From positions 1-40,894 of the forward strand of contig JAJYPT010000001.1 of NCBI GenBank assembly GCA_021795135.1: a stretch of DNA of 40,894 nucleotides. Direction: 5' to 3'. The stretch is from Actinomycetes bacterium. Its GTDB lineage: Bacteria; Actinomycetota; Acidimicrobiia; Acidimicrobiales; JAJYPT01. The notes below the pieces were generated by a model that did not search any database, was not told the DNA's origin, and was given only the letters and a program-made list of their open reading frames with translations. Position numbers and translations under genes: made by a program. This document shows positions 8,901 to 17,198 of the stretch, in pieces. The first letter of the stretch is position 1, and the number at the start of each line of letters is the position of its first letter.

Positions 8901-10742
8901 TTATCTGCTTACCTTGGAGACAATTTGTGAATCTGGAGATTGTTGTTTGGCCAATCCAAAACGATTAATAGGATCTTGTTGCTTTTTCCTTTGATTTTCT
9001 AAAAATTTTCCAGGTGGTATAGGAACTAAAAGTTCATTTTTGTTAGCTAGTACAGAAAGATCTTTGTAGAGATCTCCTAAGGTAAAACTAGATACAAGTT
9101 TTTGCATGCCAATAACTACGTTTTTCAAATCAGTAACAGAAACCTGAGTAGAAGCTGCTCCTTGTGCTGTTCTTTGAGCAGCTTGGGCTACGACAGAAAT
9201 ATTATTGGCTATATGATTACTTGCTTTTGCGGCTTCGTTGATATTTCTAGATATTTCATTTGTTGTAACTGTTTGTTCTTCAACAGCTGAGGCAATTGTA
9301 TTTTGCATATCATTTATTTGGTCAATAATATTGCTAACTTTTTCAATAGCATCTACAGCTCCTTGGGTATCTTCTTGTATGGCTTCTACTCTTTGAGCTA
9401 TGTCTTCAGTTGCCTTAGCTGTTTCTTTAGCGAGTTCTTTTACTTCATTTGCAACTACTGCAAAACCTTTACCCGCTTCTCCCGCCCTAGCGGCTTCAAT
9501 TGTTGCATTAAGGGCCAAAAGATTAGTCTGAGCTGCTATTGAAGTAATTACTTTGACTACATTGCCTATTTCTAAACTAGATTCTCCCAATTTAGAAACT
9601 GTTTGATTCGTGTTATCAGCAACCCCAACTGCCTCTCCAGCAATGTGGGCAGCATTTGAAGCATTCTTAGCTATTTCTTTGATTGTTGCACTCATTTCCT
9701 CTATACCTGCTGCAACTGTATTTACATTGCTACTGACTTGTTCTGTAGCAGATACAACAGTGATAATTTTGCTTGAAGTTTCTTCTGCGTCTGATTGCAT
9801 CTGTTCACTCAAGGACCCAAGATTTTCAGAAGAAGATGATAATTTTTCTGAGCTATGGCTTATAAGCGATATAGCAGAAGCTGTGGCACTAAAATGCTCA
9901 TTCATAGCTTGAGAAATCATCCCTGATTCATCTTGGCTTTGTATATCAAATCTTATAGAAACATCATGAGCGTCAGAAGAATTTAAAAGTTCTGCAATTT
10001 GTTGTAAGGATTTAGATATACGCTTAGAGACAAGCAGCGATAAAGCTATTGCCAACGCTGCTGCACCTAGAACAAATACCCAAGTCATATATACAGCATT
10101 GTTATAGCTAGAAGTCACATATGCAGCATCTTGGGCAGAACGCTTTACCAATGCCTTGCGCAAACCTATTAACTCATTAGTAATATTTGTAGTATAAAGA
10201 GTTCCCTGTTGCTTCAAAGCAGCTGTAAAACCGGATGTGTTATTTTGAAGGGCTAGTGGAATTAGTTGGTTTTGCCTCATAGAGTCAAAACCAATCAAGT
10301 TATTTTTAAAGGAAGAAAAATATCTAGAAGCAGTTGAATTCAAGTGAGAAGCACCCAAAGTTCGTACTGCTTGAGCTAAGGCACTGTTATTTTTTTCTAA
10401 GGCTTTCAAAGCAGAATTTTTTTTAGATGGCTGAGCAATCGCTAAATTAGAAACCAATAAACGATTTAGGGAAAACTCATGAGCCAAAGCAGTAACGTCA
10501 TTTAAAGGTTTAATATTATTTGTATAAAGCGCTTGTCCCCTGGTTTTTAAAGCAGACAATTGGTTGATACTCATAATGGCAAACCCTGTAGTGGTAAGCA
10601 TTATAGACATCATTGCTATAATTATTTTTTTCTGAATTGAAAGATTTGAAAAAGAAAACAAAGATTTGTGTAAATTTTTATTTTGTGATCCTTTATTTAA
10701 TTCATTAGACCCTGTTGCCTTGCTTCTTTTCGACGCTTGCAC
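8901..10742 (-). CDS. Methyl-accepting chemotaxis protein (4-helix-bundle sensor, HAMP, MA signalling domain)
   Basis: Canonical hairpin-tip sequence [34 protein letters not shown]. Two TM segments flank a ~160-aa helical ectodomain. I prefer the GTG start at 10742 (GGAGG 8 nt upstream) over the first in-frame TTG at 10757. Confidence 0.9.
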   Translation of the reverse strand: MQASKRSKATGSNELNKGSQNKNLHKSLFSFSNLSIQKKIIIAMMSIMLTTTGFAIMSINQLSALKTRGQALYTNNIKPLNDVTALAHEFSLNRLLVSNLAIAQPSKKNSALKALEKNNSALAQAVRTLGASHLNSTASRYFSSFKNNLIGFDSMRQNQLIPLALQNNTSGFTAALKQQGTLYTTNITNELIGLRKALVKRSAQDAAYVTSSYNNAVYMTWVFVLGAAALAIALSLLVSKRISKSLQQIAELLNSSDAHDVSIRFDIQSQDESGMISQAMNEHFSATASAISLISHSSEKLSSSSENLGSLSEQMQSDAEETSSKIITVVSATEQVSSNVNTVAAGIEEMSATIKEIAKNASNAAHIAGEAVGVADNTNQTVSKLGESSLEIGNVVKVITSIAAQTNLLALNATIEAARAGEAGKGFAVVANEVKELAKETAKATEDIAQRVEAIQEDTQGAVDAIEKVSNIIDQINDMQNTIASAVEEQTVTTNEISRNINEAAKASNHIANNISVVAQAAQRTAQGAASTQVSVTDLKNVVIGMQKLVSSFTLGDLYKDLSVLANKNELLVPIPPGKFLENQRKKQQDPINRFGLAKQQSPDSQIVSKVSR

Positions 10743-10832
10743 AGCTGCCGCCTCCAATTCATTTTCTCTTTAAATAAAAGATTCAAGTGAAATATCAATC
10801 GGCAACTTATTTAAGTTATTGAGTCATTAATT

Positions 10833-10863
10833 AAAAAATAAAAAAGAGTCCATTCTGACTGCT
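10833..10863 (-). terminator. Candidate intrinsic terminator downstream of uppP
   Basis: The minus strand reads AG(C)AGTC-agaatg-GACTCT, a 6-bp stem with a 1-nt bulge, followed by TTTTTATTTTTT. It starts ~17 nt after the uppP stop. Confidence 0.45.
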
Positions 10864-10879
10864 CTTAGTTGAATCAGGA

Positions 10880-11761
10880 TTAAACAAAATAGATAAAAGC
10901 CAAAGCTCCAGCAATTAAAGAATAAATAGCAAATGGAATTAAGTTCTTATCCTCAAAATAAGCTACTAAAAATTTTACTGAAAGATATGCAGCAACCCCA
11001 GCTACCAAACTTCCTACTACAACAGGTCCAATAATATTTTTTCCTGCTGGACCAAACAACAATGGAAGCTTATATACACCTGCGGCTAAGATGATTGGTG
11101 TAGCTAACAAAAAAGAAAACTGAGCAGCTTCTTCGTGATCAAGACCTGTTTTTAATCCAGCTACCATAGTTACTCCGGAACGACTTATGCCTGCAAAAAG
11201 AGCTAGAATCTGAGCCGAACCAACAAATAAAGCCTGCTTAATGCTCATTTTTGATAAATTTATCTTAACGGTATCAGATGATGAATTATTTTCCAAAGAA
11301 GCAGATACTTTGACATTTCTAATCATTTTTTCACCCATTATTAAAATTATCCCGTTTAACATCAAAAAAATTGCAGCTGCCAAAGGGTGAGCGAACAAAG
11401 ACCGAAATAATTTTTCAAAGATAAGTCCAACAAGTCCTGCTGGTATCGTTCCCAGTATCAACAACCATCCCAAACGTTGGTAGGGAGTTTCAATTTTCCT
11501 GGTTTTTACTGAGTTTAAAATTCCACCAACTATTTTTATCCAAGTTTTCCTAAAAAAAATTATCAATGCCAAAGCGGTAGCTACATGAAGACCTACAACA
11601 AATGCCAAATAATAAGACTGACGAGCTTGTTGAGCTTGAACAACTGAATGCCACCCTAAAATAGTTGGCAACAAAACTGTGTGTCCAAGGCTCGATATTG
11701 GAAATAACTCTGTAACACCTTGAAGAAGACCAAGTATTATGGCTTGAAAATAACTAAGCAA
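10880..11761 (-). CDS. uppP: Undecaprenyl-diphosphate phosphatase (BacA/UppP)
   Basis: N-terminal IILGLLQGVTELFPISSLGH and later SRSGVTM motifs. About 8 TM segments. Confidence 0.92.
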   Translation of the reverse strand: MLSYFQAIILGLLQGVTELFPISSLGHTVLLPTILGWHSVVQAQQARQSYYLAFVVGLHVATALALIIFFRKTWIKIVGGILNSVKTRKIETPYQRLGWLLILGTIPAGLVGLIFEKLFRSLFAHPLAAAIFLMLNGIILIMGEKMIRNVKVSASLENNSSSDTVKINLSKMSIKQALFVGSAQILALFAGISRSGVTMVAGLKTGLDHEEAAQFSFLLATPIILAAGVYKLPLLFGPAGKNIIGPVVVGSLVAGVAAYLSVKFLVAYFEDKNLIPFAIYSLIAGALAFIYFV

Positions 11762-11903
11762 TCTAGAATCCTTTTTAACTAACTATGATTGATACAGTTA
11801 TTTTCAATCAAGTAAACAAAGTCTATCTTTTTTGATAGTTGTATTCACAACAAAGCTGTATTAGAAAATAATTTCAATAAATTAAATTTATAATTTTTAT
11901 TTA

Positions 11904-12260
11904 TTACTTAATATTTTTTGACAAATAGTATCGATACTTTTTGAAATCTAAATAATCCCCAAAAATAAAAAAAACCGAAACTAAAGAATCTATAACTGCC
12001 AATGTTGATCTTGATCTATTTAGAAAAATAAAAATCACATCTGATAACAAATGAGAAAAATCTAAAGTGATCCCCCCTATAATATATCTAGGGTCGAAAT
12101 GGTGTAAAACAACCACATAATATTGCATTAAATGTCTAATGCCTAAAATTCGCAATATATTGATCCATGTCTTAGTTGGAGACACTCTTCCCAGTTCATA
12201 AATAATTTCTTTTGGAAATATCAGCAGTACTAGTCCCCATATTATTCTCGCCTTAGTCAT
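11904..12260 (-). CDS. Hypothetical small membrane protein (118 aa)
   Basis: ORF with 3-4 hydrophobic segments, starting 5 nt after the SDR stop. No family recognised by eye. Confidence 0.5.
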   Translation of the reverse strand: MTKARIIWGLVLLIFPKEIIYELGRVSPTKTWINILRILGIRHLMQYYVVVLHHFDPRYIIGGITLDFSHLLSDVIFIFLNRSRSTLAVIDSLVSVFFIFGDYLDFKKYRYYLSKNIK

Positions 12261-12265
12261 AAAAA

Positions 12266-13273
12266 CTAATCAACTTTAGATAAACCAAATTGACTCACCC
12301 CTATTGCCATAGCCGAAGCTATTGCAAAGACTAAAGATTTCCTATGAAGACTTGCCCATAGCTGAAGACTCTTTGAGTGAGATCTATTATCAAATCTTCC
12401 ATGTGTTCCATAGTCTTTATCATTGTCTAAAGGATGCCATAAATTATTAGGTTGAATGGATTCTACGTTGTGATGAGTTTGTTGAGATTTAAATCCTGTT
12501 TTGGCTAAATAACGATCTAAAATTCCAGGCATGATTTTATTTCCCAAAATCGTTGCAACTGTAGTAGCACCTACTTGTAACTCATGCCTATTGGGATGCT
12601 CGCCTGCCCATACAATTGCTTTGGCTGCTATTTCTGGTTGATAAATGGGCGGGACTGGCTGAGCGCTATGTGACAATTTAGACTTCACCCAATCAAACTG
12701 AGGAGTATTCAAAGCAGGCATTTGAACCATCGTTACATATACATTTGCTCCCTCATGTAATAATTCACATCTCAATGATTCACTAAAGCCTTGAATAGCA
12801 TGTTTGGATCCACAATAAGCTGATTGAAGAGGGATCCCTCTATAAGCAAGAGCAGAACCAACTTGAACAATTACACCTTTGTTACGTGCAAGCATCTTTT
12901 TCAAAGCAATCATTGTTCCATTGACAAAGCCTAGGTAGTTAACTTCTGTAACATGGTGAAAATCTTTTAAATCCATTTCTTTAAATGGTGAAAATACAGA
13001 AACCATTGCATTATTGACCCAGATTTGTATAGGACCTAATTTTTCTTCAATATAATCTGCACTTTGTTGTAACTGATCAGTATTTGACACATCACAAACA
13101 ACTCCAAAAGCCACGCCGCCACTGGATTCTATTTCTTCAACTGCTGCGTCTAGGCCAGCTTTACCTCTAGCTATTAAAGCAACCTTATAGCCTTTTTTAG
13201 CAAAAGCAATTGCAGCAGCTCTACCTACCCCAGCACTTGCACCTGTTACTACAACAGCGCCTAATTCATCCAT
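12266..13273 (-). CDS. Short-chain dehydrogenase/reductase (SDR) with a C-terminal hydrophobic tail
   Basis: VVVTGASAGVGRAAA (TGxxxGxG), NNAM and YCGSKHA (YxxxK). The last ~25 aa, SLVFAIASAMAIGVSQFGL, look like a tail anchor. Confidence 0.88.
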   Translation of the reverse strand: MDELGAVVVTGASAGVGRAAAIAFAKKGYKVALIARGKAGLDAAVEEIESSGGVAFGVVCDVSNTDQLQQSADYIEEKLGPIQIWVNNAMVSVFSPFKEMDLKDFHHVTEVNYLGFVNGTMIALKKMLARNKGVIVQVGSALAYRGIPLQSAYCGSKHAIQGFSESLRCELLHEGANVYVTMVQMPALNTPQFDWVKSKLSHSAQPVPPIYQPEIAAKAIVWAGEHPNRHELQVGATTVATILGNKIMPGILDRYLAKTGFKSQQTHHNVESIQPNNLWHPLDNDKDYGTHGRFDNRSHSKSLQLWASLHRKSLVFAIASAMAIGVSQFGLSKVD

Positions 13274-14375
13274 GGAAATCCTTTCTAAACTTTTCTGCCT
13301 CAGCTTTAAGCTCTAGGCCCATTCCTATAGATTCAAAAAAAGGAGATAGAACTCCTCCTGGTTTAGGTTGTGCTACTCCATCAAAAAGCATATTTTCTAT
13401 CCTTACATGATCTGCAAAATACTCTATATGTCTAATATTTTGAGTAGCACAAGCAGGATGTAGATGCAAAGATGGAGCACAATGAGCAGACACTTCTAAC
13501 CCTATTGCAGCAGCTACAGCAGAGATTCTCATCCATTCGGTAATTCCACCACATCGGCTTATATCAATTTGTAAGCAATCAACTGCGCCTGAATTGGCCA
13601 TATTAGAAAAATAAACTAATGAGTAACCATATTCTCCTGCTGTTACATCTGCTGTAGTGGATTCTTTAATTTGTCTCAAACCAGATAAGTCATCTGAAGA
13701 AACTGGCTCTTCAAACCAACTGACTCCATATCTTTCAAACTCTTGAGCCATCCTTAAAGCTTGCTTGCGACTATAGGCACCATTCGCATCTACGAAAAGC
13801 TCAGTATCATTTCCTATATATTCTCTAGCTAATTCAACCCTTTGGATATCTCTTTGCCACAACTTTCCCCAATTGCTTCCAACTTTTATTTTTACTCGTG
13901 GTATTTTTTGCTTATAAACCCAGCCATCTAATTGTTTAGTAAGTTGATCATCAGAAAGAGAAGTAAACCCGCCACTTCCATATATTTCTACCTTGTTACG
14001 ACATTTTCCTATCAGGTCGGCCAAAGGTAACCCTACCAAATGTGCTTTAAGATCCCAAGCAGCAATATCTACAGCTGAAATAGACATTGAACTTATTCCA
14101 GGTCTTCCTAGGTTGCGAATCGACTTGACCATTTTTGCCCAAATTGCGCCGGTATCTAAAACATCACAACCAAGAATAGCCTTAGCCAAAACATCTTTTA
14201 TAAGTGTCTCACAAGCAGTTGTAGCATATGAAAAACCTAATCCTTTTTTACCACCGGCGCCTAAGGTAACAACTACGACAGTAGTGCTAGACCACTCTAA
14301 AGTACCATCTGCCTCATAAGGCTCTTGGGTGGGTATTTCATATGTAGATACCTCTAGTAAATCGATAGGTATCAT
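13266..14375 (-). CDS. Enolase-superfamily enzyme (mandelate racemase / muconate lactonizing / acid-sugar dehydratase type)
   Basis: VKIKVG (KxK), VDANGAY, WFEEP and AGEY metal-ligand contexts, then DCLQID and a late His. ATGA overlap with the GMC gene. Confidence 0.85.
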   Translation of the reverse strand: MIPIDLLEVSTYEIPTQEPYEADGTLEWSSTTVVVVTLGAGGKKGLGFSYATTACETLIKDVLAKAILGCDVLDTGAIWAKMVKSIRNLGRPGISSMSISAVDIAAWDLKAHLVGLPLADLIGKCRNKVEIYGSGGFTSLSDDQLTKQLDGWVYKQKIPRVKIKVGSNWGKLWQRDIQRVELAREYIGNDTELFVDANGAYSRKQALRMAQEFERYGVSWFEEPVSSDDLSGLRQIKESTTADVTAGEYGYSLVYFSNMANSGAVDCLQIDISRCGGITEWMRISAVAAAIGLEVSAHCAPSLHLHPACATQNIRHIEYFADHVRIENMLFDGVAQPKPGGVLSPFFESIGMGLELKAEAEKFRKDFHG

Positions 14376-16003
14376 TTATGGAACCTATTAGAATCTAAAA
14401 ATTCTGCAGCTCGAGCAGCTAAAGACATAATCGTAAGAGCTGGATTGGCACTTCCTTGAGTCGGTAGGACACTGCCGTCGACTATAAATAAATTAGGAAC
14501 AGCAAAACTACGTAAATTCTCATCTACCACACCTGATTCGGCGTCTTTTCCCATTCTGGCCCCACCTACTAAATGAGCATAACGTTCAATGGTCGCTATA
14601 TCTTGAGCTCCAGCAGATTTAAGAATATCTGTCATTTTTTGAACAGCTGCAGAAAGTAACTTTTTGTCATTGTCACATTGGGAATAAGAAAACTTAGCTA
14701 CTGGAAGCCCAAAACGATCCTTTTGATCACTAAGAGTCACCCTATTATCTGCTTGAGGCAAAAACTCACATAAGGCACCTAGAGTAGACCAATGAATATA
14801 ATCCCTCATATATTCTCTCAATACTGGACCCCAATGTCCTTCGGCCACAATATGTTCTGCCCAAGTAATGGGCAATGGAGAGACTGTTTGGATAGAAAAC
14901 CCTCTTTTATAATCTTTAGAAGGATCTGTCTCATAAAATTGCTCCGTAGATACTTCAGGAGGGGGAGCTTTAAACATTCGTATTTCTTCTTCGAATCTCC
15001 CAGCAGTTTGAGGAGCTCCTTGAACCATTATATATCTACCTACTTGATCAAAATTATTACAAAGACCATTAGGAAAACCAGCAGTGGCAGAATTCAAAAG
15101 AAGACGAGGGGTTTCAATAGCATAGCCAGCAACTACAACTACTTTTGATTTTTGAAACCTTTCTATACCATCTTTTACAAAGACTACGCCTTTGGCACGA
15201 CCTTGCTCATCTAATTCAATTTTTGTCACCATTGAATTAGAACGTATTTCTGCCCCATGAGCTAAAGCATCAGGTATATGAGTTATAAGTGTTGAAGCTT
15301 TTGCATTTACTTTACATCCCTGAAGACAAAATCCTCTATAGATACAATGGGTACGATTACCAAAACCACCATTGACAATTGCCACTGGACCAATCCTGGT
15401 ATCAATTCCTAATCTGGAGGCTCCTTCTAGAAATACTTGACCATTTCCCCCTACTGGATGAGGACTTTGAGGATAACCATGAGGATCACCCCAAGGCCAA
15501 TATTGTCCTGCTACTGGCAATTCTTGTTCTATTTCTCGATAATAAGGTTGTAAATCCTCATACTCAATTGGCCAATCAACCCCAACTCCATCTAAAGAAT
15601 AAATATGAAAATCTGAAGGATGCAACCGGGGGGTGTAGCCTGCATAATGAACTGTACCTCCACCTACTCCACGACCAGAATTATTCGATCCTAGCGGGAC
15701 TGGATTTTCTCCGGTAATTACTCTAGGATCGTTCCAATATAGATGAAAAGATCCCTTCTCGTCACTAACCCAATCTTTATCAGGGTCCCAAAAAGGACCA
15801 GCATCAAAAGCAACTACTTTCCATCCACGTCTTGCTAAGCGCTGAGTAAGTACACTACCTCCTGCTCCAGCGCCTACAACTACAAGATCTACTTCTTCGT
15901 TGTCATCAAAAAGATGCATATTTTGTTTTAAAGAATGGTTGAATCTAGTCCCATCATTTGGTAACAACCACGCAGATTCGTTTCTTTTTCTAACAGAATT
16001 CAT
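14372..16003 (-). CDS. GMC-family FAD-dependent oxidoreductase
   Basis: VDLVVVGAGAGGSVLTQRLARRGWKVVAFDAG Rossmann FAD motif. C-terminal GARMG...VVDGSVLPTQGSANPALTIMSLA is the GMC signature region. Confidence 0.88.
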   Translation of the reverse strand: MNSVRKRNESAWLLPNDGTRFNHSLKQNMHLFDDNEEVDLVVVGAGAGGSVLTQRLARRGWKVVAFDAGPFWDPDKDWVSDEKGSFHLYWNDPRVITGENPVPLGSNNSGRGVGGGTVHYAGYTPRLHPSDFHIYSLDGVGVDWPIEYEDLQPYYREIEQELPVAGQYWPWGDPHGYPQSPHPVGGNGQVFLEGASRLGIDTRIGPVAIVNGGFGNRTHCIYRGFCLQGCKVNAKASTLITHIPDALAHGAEIRSNSMVTKIELDEQGRAKGVVFVKDGIERFQKSKVVVVAGYAIETPRLLLNSATAGFPNGLCNNFDQVGRYIMVQGAPQTAGRFEEEIRMFKAPPPEVSTEQFYETDPSKDYKRGFSIQTVSPLPITWAEHIVAEGHWGPVLREYMRDYIHWSTLGALCEFLPQADNRVTLSDQKDRFGLPVAKFSYSQCDNDKKLLSAAVQKMTDILKSAGAQDIATIERYAHLVGGARMGKDAESGVVDENLRSFAVPNLFIVDGSVLPTQGSANPALTIMSLAARAAEFLDSNRFHK

Positions 16004-16740
16004 ATCTTTTTTCTATTCGATAAGTGTTTAGCTCTAACTGATTCAATTCTGTCTGCCCAAGGGGATGGATCAGTAGGCATAATTTCTCTTACCTCCCATG
16101 GCTCTAGACGATCTGCGCCTAAAGCTTTGTAGCCCCTTGGATAAGCAGGACCGCCAAATCCAATTTCATTCCATATTTGAGGATTGGAATACAATTCTGT
16201 ACAGGCATACCTCATCCATAAGGACCAAAGCCAACCAGCAGGAAAACCTCTCCAAGTTTTTGATAACCTTATAGCTTCTAATAATTCATCTTGATCCTGA
16301 GGTGATAAAAGATGAAATGGGCTGTGATATTGTTCCTTAGAGTGTTCATCCAAAGCCCTTATTGAATCTTTCCACACTTTAGAATCAGGTCCCATTTCTT
16401 CGTAATACCATCCATCTGTTTGTTCCTCAGCTAAACGAGAGTCAATTCCTTCTATTACCTCTATTGAGGGTCCTTCATCAAGAGCCAAGAGACGATTCAA
16501 AAGAGATCTACAAATAGGTTCTTCTTCTATGGTAAAAAAGCGAAGTGATTTAGAAGGCAAGCTTCTGGCTAGTATTACTGATTTAGTCTCTTCATCCCAA
16601 GATGGGATTTGTTCTAAAACGTTATAGCCAGGAAAACGATTAGTTTGCAACGTAGGAGAGCTATCATTATTATTGCTGAGGGAATCTCCAAAATTTTTAT
16701 TAGTTTTCCTATCAGAATTTATCTTTCGATTACCTCTCAT
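16000..16740 (-). CDS. Gluconate 2-dehydrogenase subunit 3-like small subunit (no recognisable Tat signal)
   Basis: 246 aa, ATGA-coupled upstream of the GMC gene as in the small subunit/flavoprotein pairs of membrane-bound sugar dehydrogenases. Family assignment comes from remembered sequence character (helical, W-rich: WYYEEMG, WRGFPAGWLWSLWMRYA), so confidence is moderate. Confidence 0.6.
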   Translation of the reverse strand: MRGNRKINSDRKTNKNFGDSLSNNNDSSPTLQTNRFPGYNVLEQIPSWDEETKSVILARSLPSKSLRFFTIEEEPICRSLLNRLLALDEGPSIEVIEGIDSRLAEEQTDGWYYEEMGPDSKVWKDSIRALDEHSKEQYHSPFHLLSPQDQDELLEAIRLSKTWRGFPAGWLWSLWMRYACTELYSNPQIWNEIGFGGPAYPRGYKALGADRLEPWEVREIMPTDPSPWADRIESVRAKHLSNRKKI

Positions 16741-17198
16741 TTTTCCCGCCTTAAAATAGAAGCCAGGATACCCATTCCTCCCACCATTGTTACTAATAAA
16801 GGAGCAAACATAGGAGGACCCATTTCAATGTTGTATCGAGCTTGTTTCCAACCTCCAGGTTTTCTTGAAATCCCTCTAAGATGTAAGTAGGTACCTTGTA
16901 TTCCATTTAATATGACCAACAAAGAAACAAAAGGTAAGATAGTTTTAGCAACACGTTTAGAAAAAACCCCCGCTATCGCACTTCCTGCAGAAAAAGGAGT
17001 TAGCACTACAGGCAACCACATTAGCCGGTTCCAAAATCCAGCTCTATCATGTTCAGCCCATAACTCAGCACCTGTAATAACTGCTGCTAAGGCAGACAAA
17101 CCAGACAAAGATCTTTCAAAACGCCCGTGTTCTATATTTTTGACTAGACGATCTAAAAAATGCTCAACTTCACTCTGGGGAGATCTTTTTTTATTCAT
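16737..17198 (-). CDS. Hypothetical 4-TM membrane protein (153 aa)
   Basis: ATGA overlaps at both ends (TPP enzyme stop, small-subunit start). Four hydrophobic segments. No family recognised. Confidence 0.55.
   Translation of the reverse strand: MNKKRSPQSEVEHFLDRLVKNIEHGRFERSLSGLSALAAVITGAELWAEHDRAGFWNRLMWLPVVLTPFSAGSAIAGVFSKRVAKTILPFVSLLVILNGIQGTYLHLRGISRKPGGWKQARYNIEMGPPMFAPLLVTMVGGMGILASILRREK

Noticed and set aside
6078-10757. Che operon as a horizontally acquired island
   Set aside because: Spot checks of base composition were too variable to show a deviation. There are no flanking repeats, tRNA or mobility genes. This cannot be decided without whole-genome k-mer statistics.
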